Assembly: GCA_963677495.2 (NCBI GenBank)
Contig: CAXXOU010000004.1
Coordinates: 1,312,001 to 1,376,000 of the forward strand
DNA length: 64,000 nucleotides
Reading direction: 5' to 3'
Source of the DNA: Candidatus Cloacimonadales bacterium
GTDB taxonomy: Bacteria > Cloacimonadota > Cloacimonadia > Cloacimonadales > JAFGVF01
Shown in pieces: positions 9,865 through 19,475 of the stretch. The notes beneath the pieces are model-generated. The model had not been told where the DNA came from. It saw nothing but the letters and a program-made list of their open reading frames with translations, and made no database searches. Made by a program: the position numbers and the translations under genes. Within the stretch, counting starts at the first letter, position 1, and each line of letters starts with the position of its first letter.

Positions 9865-10629
9865 TTACTCCGGTGTTGGTGGCATTCTTCTTTTAAATGC
9901 TGAAATTCTATATAGTTTCATGACTTTCTTAACATCTTCATCTTTAAAACCTTCAGCAACAATATTTTCTGCCTTCATTTCGAGGTTGTACAATCTATAG
10001 AGGATTTCATCAAGTGTACTATATGAGATTCCAAGCTCATCTTCATCTGTTTGGGCATCCCATAAGTCTGCTGTAGGGGCTTTATTAATAATCTGTTCCG
10101 GTATACCAAGTATACGAGACATTTCCCATACTTCTGTCTTGTACAGGTTACCAATAGGCTCAAAAGCACAGGCAGAATCACCATATTGAGTACAGTACCC
10201 TACTTCTAACTCTGTTCTATTACCTGTACCGACAACAAGAGCACGATATTTTGATGAAAGGTCGTACAAAACACACATTCTGCTACGAGCCATCCAATTA
10301 CCTCTTCTAAGCTTATCAGCATCCTGCTCAAATATCTGGAAGTATGGATCAGCAAAGCTTGTAATCTCGATAACTTCTGATTGAATATCAAGCCATTTTG
10401 CGAGAGTCCTTGCATCATCTAAAGAGTGAGAGCTACTATCTTTATATGGAAGCATCACACCGTAAACATTCTCCTTACCAATAGCTTTCACAGCTAATGT
10501 TGCCGATAATGAAGAATCAATACCACCAGATAACCCAATAATTAGTTTTTCAAATCCGTTAGCTTCTGTAAAAGTTCTGATGTATTCTACAAGCTTATCT
10601 ATCTCTGCCTGATAATTCAACTGTCTCAT
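9865..10629 (-). CDS. nadE: NH3-dependent NAD+ synthetase
   Basis: GLSGGIDS, GNWMARSRM, GTGNRTE, LYKTEV, PTADLW..QTDE motifs; no glutaminase domain. Confidence 0.95.
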   Translation of the reverse strand: MRQLNYQAEIDKLVEYIRTFTEANGFEKLIIGLSGGIDSSLSATLAVKAIGKENVYGVMLPYKDSSSHSLDDARTLAKWLDIQSEVIEITSFADPYFQIFEQDADKLRRGNWMARSRMCVLYDLSSKYRALVVGTGNRTELEVGYCTQYGDSACAFEPIGNLYKTEVWEMSRILGIPEQIINKAPTADLWDAQTDEDELGISYSTLDEILYRLYNLEMKAENIVAEGFKDEDVKKVMKLYRISAFKRRMPPTPE

Positions 10630-10714
10630 AATTACTCCTTTAGATGAAGATATCTGAGTTACAACTCATACGTTAGAATCCAATCTGTATTTGATCTAAA
10701 GATTGTCAAACAAC

Positions 10715-10745
10715 AAAAAAAGGTTCAGGCTATTTGCCTGAACCT
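10715..10745 (-). terminator. Rho-independent terminator of the NifU-like gene
   Basis: AGGTTCAGGC-TATTT-GCCTGAACCT stem with an A-tract on the + strand. Confidence 0.8.
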
Positions 10746-10762
10746 GAAACTGAGTAGGTATG

Positions 10763-10990
10763 TTATCCGCGGATAACTTCTTTAACCTCAGGAATCTCCT
10801 GTTTGAGAACTCTTTCGATACCGGCTTTCAATGTCAATGTCGCCATTGGGCAACTTCCGCAAGCACCTGTAAGTTTCACAACAACTGTATTGTCTTCGCG
10901 TACTTCCACGAGTTCAACGTCTCCGCCATCTGCTTGAATTGAAGGTCTAACCTTATCGAGAACTTCTTCAACTTTAACTTTATCGAGCAT
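10763..10990 (-). CDS. NifU C-terminal / Nfu-type Fe-S cluster carrier
   Basis: VRPSIQADGGDVEL and GACGSCP motifs; start reassigned to ATG 10990 with GGAGG. Confidence 0.93.
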   Translation of the reverse strand: MLDKVKVEEVLDKVRPSIQADGGDVELVEVREDNTVVVKLTGACGSCPMATLTLKAGIERVLKQEIPEVKEVIRG

Positions 10991-11319
10991 AATAGCCTCC
11001 ATTTTCATATTTAAATCAGAAATTAATCCGTTATAGTATATGTCAAAGTATTTATTTGCCTAAAACTTTTTCGAAACAGGGACACTGCTAATATATTGTA
11101 GAGGTTTAACATCTTAAGCTCTCAGATGTCTCCACATTATACGGAAAACATCCGTTCAACTGACATATAATCATTAAACAAGGGCACAGATTGTTGTATC
11201 ACTACGTCGTTTGAGAGACATCATTTTCTTTGTCAAGACTTAGTCGTTTGTAGTCAAAATTTAGAAAGGAATAGTTAAAATGAGTCTGTTCAATGTCAAC
11301 CGGAAGTGAAGTATCCACA

Positions 11320-11442
11320 CGAGCTCCACCCCCGGACCACTCGGGGACCTCCCCCGCCTACCCCCGAGAGGCTCCCCGAGAGGAGCGGGTGAAAAGCAGG
11401 GGTGGATTTCAGACTTTCAACAGAGTTCTATCAGAGTAAAAA
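11320..11442. repeat. GC-rich intergenic element with phased CCCCG units; partial second copy at 40821-40893
   Basis: GTGGATTTCAGACTTT (11402-11417) recurs exactly as its reverse complement at 40846-40861, with similar flanks. Confidence 0.6.
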
Positions 11443-11663
11443 TAGAAACCTTTTAAGGGCATATCAACATCATGAAACCGTCACTGCTCTGCTACAATTA
11501 TCATCCATCTCGAATAAGGCACCTGTTGAATCCCTATTGAAATGTAGTTATTATTTAACTGGCTTTAGACTCGAATTGGATAGGATTGCAATATCTAACG
11601 AATAATAATTATAGCAGAGGAGTGAGAGCGAAATAGCTGTGAAAACTGATAGCAAATACTTCC

Positions 11664-12177
11664 CGGCTATAGCTCTAGCGAGCTATGTGCAAGTGAGGAC
11701 ACTCGCACTACGATTGTACTGCGACTCTCCCGAGTTGCTGTGCCGACAAAGTCGGCAACTTCCACTGACCGGAACGATTGTACTGCGACTCTCCTGAGTT
11801 GCTGTGCCGACAAAGTCGGCAACTGCCACTGACCGGAACGATTGTACTGCGACTCTCCTGAGTTGCTGTGCCGACAAAGTCGGCAACTGCCACTGACCGG
11901 AACGATTGTACTGCGACTCTCCTGAGTTGCTGTGCCGACAAAGTCGGCAACTGCCACTGACCGGAACGATTGTACTGCGACTCTCCTGAGTTGCTGTGCC
12001 GACAAAGTCGGCAACTGCCACTGACCGGAACTTGGAAATCATACGTTCGAACGTAGAACTTAGCTTATAATCATACATGTCAATACTAGTTTCTGAACAC
12101 GATTCGCTTCACGGCTATAGCTCTATCGAGCTATGTGCAAGTGGGGACACTTGCACTACGATTGTACTGCAACTCTC
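11664..12177. repeat. REP/BIME-like composite: five tandem 64-bp palindromic units (11711-12030) bracketed by two ~66-bp double-hairpin direct repeats
   Basis: Units start at 11711, 11775, 11839, 11903, 11967, each with a TGCCGAC-AAA-GTCGGCA hairpin. Flanking copies CGGCTATAGCTCTA.CGAGCTATGTGCAAGTG.GGACACT.GCACTACGATTGTACTGC.ACTCTC start at 11664 and 12112. Confidence 0.9.
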
Positions 12178-12253
12178 AGGACTTTTTCAAGAATCTTGCA
12201 AATAGTACAATTCGATTTAATCAAGAGCTGTCACCAGTACGTATGAAATGGGA

Positions 12254-15157
12254 TTATTTCATAAGAATCATCTTTGCAGTCGATTCATTGTTACCAGCTT
12301 TCAGCCTATAAAAGTATATTCCGGTAGCACATGATTTACCATGTCTATCTTCCCCATACCAGCGGAACCGGTGTTTACCTTTAGCCAAATCACCCTTATG
12401 AAGCGTAATGACTTTTTGTCCTTTAACATTGTAGACTGATAACTCAGCTTTTTCAACTCTATTCTTTATTTTAAACTCGATTGTTGTTTCAGGATTGAAA
12501 GGATTTGGGTAATTACATAGATCGGTAATTGGTTTAACTACCTGATTGTTGTTATTCACAGGGTCATGGTATGTAATATCGCAGGTTGTATAGCTCAAAG
12601 ATAACATATTATCTTGAGCTGTACTACTACTCAATCTTAACCAGTAATAATCATTAGGATACATCATTGTATAACCTTGTTCTTCTACCCAATCTTTCCA
12701 TAAAATTAGATGGATATCATCAAAATAGGCGATAGATTCAGTATCAGTTCCTTCTCGAACAAGTCTTATCCCAAAATACTCGTGGGCATTACTCTGAGGA
12801 ATTTCCACACTTACTTCTGTCCAATCGGTGGTTCCACTCACTGAGTTAGATGAGTATGTTGAATTAGGGTACAAACCAGTATGACTACTATAAAAATCAA
12901 CTTCAATGTGAGCATCTGTACAGTTATCAGTCTTAATATAACCAACTAGTGTTTTATCTCCAGGTCTAATTGGCATTAACTCATCGGTTTCAGTTTCTTC
13001 CCATGGATGAGCTAAACTATTCGAAGTAGAACCGCTATGAACTTCATTTGTTTCGTTTGGAAAGTTATTCCAATATGATACACCCTCAAACTCCATGTTG
13101 CCCATTGGAAATGCCTCATTTCCAATTCTCCAAATATGCTCAGTCCCACCGGTTATTGAGTTCATACTTAGTGGAACTCCTTCGAATCTAATAGGTTTTG
13201 AAACAAAATAATCATCAATGCTACTCACAGGAACATTTTGTTGATGATTGAACTCATGAAAATTGTAGTCTAAAGAATCTATTATTACTTCTCCCCTATT
13301 CCTTTCATTATTAACATGAACAATTGTGTCCAGTTCTCTTGATTTCATGGCAATATAACGAAGAAGGTGAGTCCCAAGCTCACCAAAAATGACTTTTGGT
13401 TTATATTCATCAAGATAGATTGGAGTAATAGTGAAATTCTTAAATCCGTCTCTATCAGCCTCAGTATTCAGTATCATTGAAGGAAAGCACTCAGGGTAGT
13501 TTAAATCAAAAACAAAGTTTCCTAAAGAATGAGCAACAACCTTTCCGTTATAAACTTCAACTCCTTGTACTTTATGAGGATGATGCACTACCACTAAGTC
13601 GGTTCCTGAATCAATCGCATGATGCCTTATCTCTCTATCCCACATATGTGGAATATCTATTCTAGGATTAAAGTCTTCATCCTCTTCTGTCTCAAGTGTT
13701 TTATCATAATCAGAACCCGGGGAAGTAGAGTATTCACTACCGGCATGCATCATAACAACATTCAAGTCAGCTATACCTTCAACACTCTCAATCTGCTCAG
13801 AAATGTAATATGGCGTCATGTAACCAAAGCCAGCTTTATCATATCCGGCATTCAGATATGGAATCGCATTATTGTACTGCCCTGTTCTGTCTGAGCTACC
13901 AAGAAACGCAAAGATAAGACCTTTTTTATGTATATATGCAGGTTTATAAGCATCGATAGAGTTCATGCCTGCACCACAATGGAGTATGTTTGATGCTTCA
14001 AGTACATCCATAGTTTGTTGCAATGCAGGATTCATATAGTCCCAGGAATGATTATTAGCTAAAGATACAAGGTCGATTCCACCATTTTCCAAAGCAACAA
14101 CAGTTGAAGGATCTGACCTGAACGCAACAGATTTCGTTGGATGTCTGGTACCCATATCTGATAAGGGAGTTTCCAAGTTCGCTACAGATATATCTGCTCC
14201 TTGTCCAAAAACAGAGTCTACTTCGGTGAAGATGTTGGGAACATTCGAAGAGTTCATCCTTCTTGCAAACATTACATCACCTACAAAATTGAGAGTAACC
14301 GGTAATGAACTATCCCCAACATCAACTGCAACTTGTTCAACGTGTCGGCCAATTGCACCCTGATTGTCTGTTACTTCAAGTAATACAGAATATGGATGGT
14401 CATCAACAACTTCAAAAGTATGATTTATTCTTGAGAAAGTTGCTGTTTCAATTGTGCCATCACCAAAGTACCATCTGAAATCACTTATAATATCACCTTC
14501 AGGATCAGTGACTTCCGCTTGAAACTGATAAGTAACATTTCTTAACTGTGAACCATCTGAGTTATAGCCCATCAACCGATATGAAAAGGAACATTCAGGC
14601 TCTTGATTGATATCTTCTGTAACATCAATAATGTTATCAAAAAACACGCTATCACTGGATACTGTTATGAATTCTAATCCGTTTATCACAGGAATATAGT
14701 CATACCAAGCCTGCCAATCATCAGCTACAGGAAGTTTAAATTCTATCCATTGTTCTGCTTCTTTTGCACCCTGATAACATGTAACAAACTCTTCAATATC
14801 TTGTTCTTGTGAACCATACAAAGAGTATCTAAGTGAGTTTATTGAATCTTTTACACCAACAGCTACAAGCCCTGCTGAATCATCAAGTTTCACTGAAAAC
14901 TGAATAACAGATCTTTCAGTTATCAGTTGTGGATTAATTGCTAACCGCTTACCGGTATTCCCAAAAAGACGTAAGCATTGTCCTTCTTGTCCGTTTGGGG
15001 ATATCTGCCAGCTACCCTGATCTCCATCATAATCATCAATACTTTGAAACAGAGTGCCTGAACTCTCGAAATCTTCAAGCATTACAAATCTATCTTCGCT
15101 GAATAAAGAAGTTACAAACACCATTAATACAAGCAAAATACATATTGTTCTTAACAT
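12254..15157 (-). CDS. Secreted CapA-family metallophosphoesterase with PKD domain and C-terminal FlgD-Ig/T9SS-like sorting domain
   Basis: Signal peptide from ATG 15157 (SD AAGGAGG); WYFGDG PKD motif; GDVM, NLE, LANNH, MHAGSEY, HHPH, SLGNF CapA motifs; NYPNPFNPETTI...GIYFYRL C-terminus. Confidence 0.88.
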   Translation of the reverse strand: MLRTICILLVLMVFVTSLFSEDRFVMLEDFESSGTLFQSIDDYDGDQGSWQISPNGQEGQCLRLFGNTGKRLAINPQLITERSVIQFSVKLDDSAGLVAVGVKDSINSLRYSLYGSQEQDIEEFVTCYQGAKEAEQWIEFKLPVADDWQAWYDYIPVINGLEFITVSSDSVFFDNIIDVTEDINQEPECSFSYRLMGYNSDGSQLRNVTYQFQAEVTDPEGDIISDFRWYFGDGTIETATFSRINHTFEVVDDHPYSVLLEVTDNQGAIGRHVEQVAVDVGDSSLPVTLNFVGDVMFARRMNSSNVPNIFTEVDSVFGQGADISVANLETPLSDMGTRHPTKSVAFRSDPSTVVALENGGIDLVSLANNHSWDYMNPALQQTMDVLEASNILHCGAGMNSIDAYKPAYIHKKGLIFAFLGSSDRTGQYNNAIPYLNAGYDKAGFGYMTPYYISEQIESVEGIADLNVVMMHAGSEYSTSPGSDYDKTLETEEDEDFNPRIDIPHMWDREIRHHAIDSGTDLVVVHHPHKVQGVEVYNGKVVAHSLGNFVFDLNYPECFPSMILNTEADRDGFKNFTITPIYLDEYKPKVIFGELGTHLLRYIAMKSRELDTIVHVNNERNRGEVIIDSLDYNFHEFNHQQNVPVSSIDDYFVSKPIRFEGVPLSMNSITGGTEHIWRIGNEAFPMGNMEFEGVSYWNNFPNETNEVHSGSTSNSLAHPWEETETDELMPIRPGDKTLVGYIKTDNCTDAHIEVDFYSSHTGLYPNSTYSSNSVSGTTDWTEVSVEIPQSNAHEYFGIRLVREGTDTESIAYFDDIHLILWKDWVEEQGYTMMYPNDYYWLRLSSSTAQDNMLSLSYTTCDITYHDPVNNNNQVVKPITDLCNYPNPFNPETTIEFKIKNRVEKAELSVYNVKGQKVITLHKGDLAKGKHRFRWYGEDRHGKSCATGIYFYRLKAGNNESTAKMILMK

Positions 15158-15352
15158 GATTTCCTCCTTTGTTAAGTTGTCATACGAAAACACTACAACT
15201 TTAAAATGTCAACAAGTTTTCCTGAATAACTCAATTTATTGAATTTAACTCATTTGTGATTTATCCTCTTCAATTTAGTCAATGCTGTTTTAATCCTTGA
15301 CAGTTTGTTAATTACTATAAGAATTTATTCAAATTTAGGAAAGAAGGGTTTT

Positions 15353-15697
15353 ATGGAGAAAAGCAGTAATATTAGAGTGTTAAACCCTGATGATTTGTTT
15401 GAAGTAAGCGAGAACTACAAGCAAAACATGAAACAGATGGGTATGATACCTTTTGAAAAAGACGGCAAGTTGAAATGGGGAAACAAATCTCAAGTTGCCT
15501 TCTTGAAAAGTTTAGAAACTGAGGATAGTAAAAAGTTGGTTAAATCAATAAGTAATAATCAACTTCCTCCATCATTAAGAAAAGATCGAGGTAAACTATC
15601 AAAGTCTTTAGCTAAAGTGCCAGTTCAGTACTTTATTGTGATTGTATTGAGTGTTTTACTGGGATTTTTGTACTTGTATTTAAATTATATAAATTAA
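15353..15697 (+). CDS. Hypothetical protein with C-terminal TM anchor
   Basis: Open frame; ATG 15353 preferred over TTG 15305; hydrophobic C-terminus; first gene of the surE operon. Confidence 0.7.
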   Translation: MEKSSNIRVLNPDDLFEVSENYKQNMKQMGMIPFEKDGKLKWGNKSQVAFLKSLETEDSKKLVKSISNNQLPPSLRKDRGKLSKSLAKVPVQYFIVIVLSVLLGFLYLYLNYIN

Positions 15698-15705
15698 GAG
15701 GTTAG

Positions 15706-17001
15706 ATGAAAATACTTTTAACCAACGATGATGGGATTAACGCTCCCGGAATCGTAATTTTAGCAGAACATTTAAAATCTGCCGGGCATGAGATTGTTCT
15801 TGTGGCACCTTCTGAACAAAGAAGTGCATCTTCTCATTCGATAACACTTTTTAAAGATATAGTTCTTAACAAAATTGAATCTAATCGCTGGTCCGTTTCC
15901 GGCACTCCTGCAGATTGTATGGTTGTAGCAGCCCAATATGTACTTGATAGTTCGTTTGATTTAGTTATTTCCGGGATTAACGGTGGTCAGAATATGGGAG
16001 AAGATATCTTCTATTCTGGCACTGTCGCAGCTGCAGCAGAAGCAGCGTTTCAAGGTTATAAAGCAATCGCAATCTCTATTGATACCTATGAAAATCAGAA
16101 GTACGAGACTGCAGCTAAAATCATGGTAGACCTGTTAAACAATTGTATTCTGGATATGATCTCAGACAATCGAGTTTTGAATGTAAATGTTCCAAATATT
16201 GATTACTCTGAGATTAGAGGAATTAAGATAACAAAAAGCGGGAACAGAAGTTATTCCAATTTTATGAGAGTTCAATCCCAGACTGATACAAAAATGGTTT
16301 ATCAAGTAGGAGGCGACTATCCTGATTGGTGTTTACAACCAAGAACAGACTCTCTTGCAATAAAAAGTAATTATGTTTCTATAACTCCATTAAAGTTTGA
16401 TTTAAATGAATACAGTTTTCATCATGAATTAAAGGATTGGAAGTATCGATTCAATGAGATGTACACTGAACACATTCCCATTATTGAACCAGGTAAAAAG
16501 CTGAATGTAAAACAGACAGCACAGAACATTAAAGAGAAAGTTAAATCAATTGCAATAGAGACTGAGGAAGAGAAAAAACTTAGAAAGATTCCTTTTTTTG
16601 CAAAACTCACTACAACACAAATCAAGAAACTTTATACCTATTGTCATGTGAGACATTACAAAACAGGAGAGATAATTTTCAAAGATAATTATCCTATTGT
16701 AGCATTATACATTATTCAAGAAGGTGAAGTTGCTATTTTTAATGCTGAAGACATGGATAAAGCAGAAAATATTTACACTAAAAACCAAACCCTAGGTGTT
16801 GTAGAGATGTTCAGTGGCGTTAAACGTATGAACACAGCTGTAGCAAACAGTAATTGTACGCTGTTATCAATTTCGAAAAGCGATTTCAATGAATTCCTTA
16901 ACAGGGATCCAAGAGCCGGATCAAAGATTCTTTACGGCATTACCAAATCATTTAGTAAATTCATTGTTAATAACAATTTTTTCTTCTTGAGAGAGGACTA
17001 A
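15706..17001 (+). CDS. surE: 5'/3'-nucleotidase SurE fused to a C-terminal cyclic-nucleotide-binding domain
   Basis: ILLTNDDG, GTPADC, SGINGGQN, YSGTVAAA motifs; C-terminal LRKIPFFAKL...GEIIF...LYIIQEGEV...R..TAVA cNMP-fold pattern. Confidence 0.88.
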   Translation: MKILLTNDDGINAPGIVILAEHLKSAGHEIVLVAPSEQRSASSHSITLFKDIVLNKIESNRWSVSGTPADCMVVAAQYVLDSSFDLVISGINGGQNMGEDIFYSGTVAAAAEAAFQGYKAIAISIDTYENQKYETAAKIMVDLLNNCILDMISDNRVLNVNVPNIDYSEIRGIKITKSGNRSYSNFMRVQSQTDTKMVYQVGGDYPDWCLQPRTDSLAIKSNYVSITPLKFDLNEYSFHHELKDWKYRFNEMYTEHIPIIEPGKKLNVKQTAQNIKEKVKSIAIETEEEKKLRKIPFFAKLTTTQIKKLYTYCHVRHYKTGEIIFKDNYPIVALYIIQEGEVAIFNAEDMDKAENIYTKNQTLGVVEMFSGVKRMNTAVANSNCTLLSISKSDFNEFLNRDPRAGSKILYGITKSFSKFIVNNNFFFLRED

Positions 17002-18062
17002 TGAAAGTAGCCAGGATTATATTTTATATCCTTATCGCTATTCTAATTGTAGCCGGATTCTTCTTTTATCAGACAGTTATCCGCTACATTGTAGCTGCTA
17101 CTATTTTTGCTTATATTTTAAATCCGGTAGTACTTTTCTTAGAAGGTCGGGGACTTAGTAGAGTTAAGTCTATAGTCTGTGTTTACATAGCGTTAGGAAT
17201 GATAATATTTTGGAGTATCTATTTCCTCATTCCTGTTTTAATAGATCAGGCTCTAAGTGTTATTGATGTTATTAGAGGTACATCTGAGACCGGCGGGTTT
17301 GACTTTAACAATATCCCTATCATAATTAAGTTAGAAGAATCAATAAACAACTTACAAGAAATGGTTCCTATGCTTAATCTAGATCCTTTCTTAGAGCAGA
17401 TTGGTAATCTTTTAAAGAAGTTTTTCCTTAATGCTCCCCAATTATTGATTGATTATTCTGCTAGCGTGATCAAAGCCTTTTCTTTTATTGCAACCATGCC
17501 AATTATGGGATTTTTTCTGCTTAAAGACTGGCATAAGTTCAAGAAATCTATTTTTACAATTATTCCAAATAAATATTTAGAATTAACCATGCACCTTTTC
17601 ACAAAAACTGATCAGATTGTTGGTCGCTACCTGAGAGCTCTTCTTGTGGAAATTGCAATAATCGCAATGCTTGCATCTGTAGTATTATCAATTATCGGGG
17701 TTAAATACTCTGTTCTCATTGGTACTTTAGCCGGTATTGCTAACGTCATCCCATATCTTGGACCATGGATGGGAATCATATTTGCAGTTTTATCAGTTGT
17801 TATTACCGGTAAAGAGGCAATATTCATACTTATAACAGTTTTAGGAATGTGGTTCGTACAAATCATTGATAATAACTTTGTTTACCCAATTGTTATTGGT
17901 AAAAATACTGAGATGCATCCACTTGTTATACTACTAACTGTTATGGCCGGTGGTTGGGCTTTTGGCTTGACAGGAATGTTATTCTCAGTTCCTGTAGTTT
18001 ACTTAATTTATGGTATCGTAAAAGAATTACAAAAGCAATTAAAAGAATTCGAAATTATATAA
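17001..18062 (+). CDS. AI-2E family transporter
   Basis: AYILNP, FFLLKD, NVIPYLGP, QIIDNNFVYP, MHPLVILL motifs; multiple TM helices. Confidence 0.9.
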   Translation: MKVARIIFYILIAILIVAGFFFYQTVIRYIVAATIFAYILNPVVLFLEGRGLSRVKSIVCVYIALGMIIFWSIYFLIPVLIDQALSVIDVIRGTSETGGFDFNNIPIIIKLEESINNLQEMVPMLNLDPFLEQIGNLLKKFFLNAPQLLIDYSASVIKAFSFIATMPIMGFFLLKDWHKFKKSIFTIIPNKYLELTMHLFTKTDQIVGRYLRALLVEIAIIAMLASVVLSIIGVKYSVLIGTLAGIANVIPYLGPWMGIIFAVLSVVITGKEAIFILITVLGMWFVQIIDNNFVYPIVIGKNTEMHPLVILLTVMAGGWAFGLTGMLFSVPVVYLIYGIVKELQKQLKEFEII

Positions 18063-18075
18063 AGGTTGTTATTTT

Positions 18076-19254
18076 ATGGCTTTATTTGACAAATGCAATC
18101 AATTTACTGCTGCGAAAGAGTTAATTTCAGCAGGTTTTTATCCCTATTTCAGAGAAATCTCTTCTGAGCAAGACACTGAAGTAATATGTAATGGAAAAAA
18201 GATGTTAATGCTAGGTTCCAATAGTTACTTAGGATTAACAAACCACCCTAAAGTCAAAGAAGCTTCTATCGAAGCAGTAAAGAAATATGGCACTGGTTGT
18301 GCCGGTTCTAGATTTTTAAATGGTACTTTAGACATTCATCTTGAATTAGAAGAGGAATTAGCTAAATATGTTGGCAAAGAAGCTGCTCTTGCTTATCCAA
18401 CAGGATATCAATCGAATGTAGGTTGTATATCAGCTCTTGTCGGTAAAGGGGATTACGTTATAACCGACAAATATGACCATGCTTCCATTATTGATGGTTG
18501 TCGTTTATCTTATGGTAAAATGGAAAGATTTACCCATAATGATATGAACAGTCTCAAAACGGTTTTAAAAAAGATTGAAGGGCGTAATTCACTCATTGTT
18601 GTCGATGGTATCTTCTCGATGGAGGGAGATATTGCTGATGTAAAAGAGATAGTGAAACTTGCTAAAGCTAACAATGCTGAAGTTATGGTTGATGAAGCGC
18701 ACTCTTTAGGTGTTTTAGGACATCTTGGTGCCGGAGCTGCTGATGCAAGTGGTGTAAAAGATGATGTTGCTATCCTTATGGGAACCTTTAGTAAATCATT
18801 AGCCTCTATTGGTGGTTTTATTGCTGCTGATAAAGAAACTATCCATTATCTTAAGCATCATTCAAGAGCACTTATCTTCAGTGCCTCACTTCCCCCAGCT
18901 TCTGCTGCAAGTGTGCTGGCTGCTTTAAAGATTATTCAAGCTGAACCTGAACGCATTGAGAAACTCTGGGAAAATACACATCATATGATGAAAAGCTTTA
19001 AAGCAATGGGATATAACACCGGTGATTCTTGTACACCTGTTATTCCTTTACACATTGGTGATGCGATGAAAACAATGGAAATGTGGAAATACCTGGCAGA
19101 GGAAGGTGTATTCATTAACCCTATTCTACCTCCAGCTGTGCCGCCTACTCAATGTATCATTAGAACCAGCTTCATGGCTACACACTCAATCGAGCAACTT
19201 GACTTTGCCCTAGACAAATTTGAGAAGATTGGTAAGAAATTAAATATAATATAG
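18076..19254 (+). CDS. Alpha-oxoamine synthase, most similar in pattern to bacterial serine palmitoyltransferase
   Basis: YPYFREISSEQDTEV, GSNSYLGLTNHP, GTGCAGSRFLNGT, DHASI, DEAH, GTFSKS (PLP Lys), IFSAS. Confidence 0.8.
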   Translation: MALFDKCNQFTAAKELISAGFYPYFREISSEQDTEVICNGKKMLMLGSNSYLGLTNHPKVKEASIEAVKKYGTGCAGSRFLNGTLDIHLELEEELAKYVGKEAALAYPTGYQSNVGCISALVGKGDYVITDKYDHASIIDGCRLSYGKMERFTHNDMNSLKTVLKKIEGRNSLIVVDGIFSMEGDIADVKEIVKLAKANNAEVMVDEAHSLGVLGHLGAGAADASGVKDDVAILMGTFSKSLASIGGFIAADKETIHYLKHHSRALIFSASLPPASAASVLAALKIIQAEPERIEKLWENTHHMMKSFKAMGYNTGDSCTPVIPLHIGDAMKTMEMWKYLAEEGVFINPILPPAVPPTQCIIRTSFMATHSIEQLDFALDKFEKIGKKLNII

Positions 19255-19279
19255 CTGCTAGAGAAAGGATTATTTTATT

Positions 19280-19309
19280 GGAGTCTGTCACTTGATAGAC
19301 TCCTTTTTT
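19280..19309 (+). terminator. Rho-independent terminator
   Basis: GGAGTCTGTCA...TGATAGACTCC stem plus T-tract. Confidence 0.75.
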
Positions 19310-19421
19310 ATATATATGGAATTAACCGACTAAGTCTGCTTTTAATGCAAGACTTGCTTAACTCTAAAAATTTGCAGTATAGACACATAGCTTATATTGT
19401 TACTTCAATCTAACATTTCAG

Positions 19422-19463
19422 TTGACAAAAAAAATAGTCTTAGTATTGTTAGTAAAAACTAAC
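19422..19463 (+). promoter_or_regulatory. Sigma70-like promoter overlapped by a palindromic operator, candidate DtxR/MntR site
   Basis: TTGACA at 19422, TATTGT at 19444; perfect palindrome GTTAGT-AAAA-ACTAAC at 19448-19463. Confidence 0.55.
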
Positions 19464-19475
19464 TTAGGAGTTTCG

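Noticed and set aside
11126..11222. Possible riboswitch or ncRNA (GATGTCTC...GAGACATC enclosing a small hairpin)
   Set aside because: Only an 8-bp outer stem and no recognisable family motif; insufficient support.
11711..12030. CRISPR array
   Set aside because: The units are essentially identical over all 64 bp, with no unique spacers and no cas genes in the window.
11667..12078. Three minus-strand ORFs (80-131 aa)
   Set aside because: They are translations of the 64-bp tandem repeat in rotating frames.
18076..19254. Assignment as bioF or kbl (partner of the threonine dehydrogenase)
   Set aside because: The motif pattern fits the SPT-like group better and there are no bio genes nearby. It is not excluded without a phylogeny, so no gene symbol is given.
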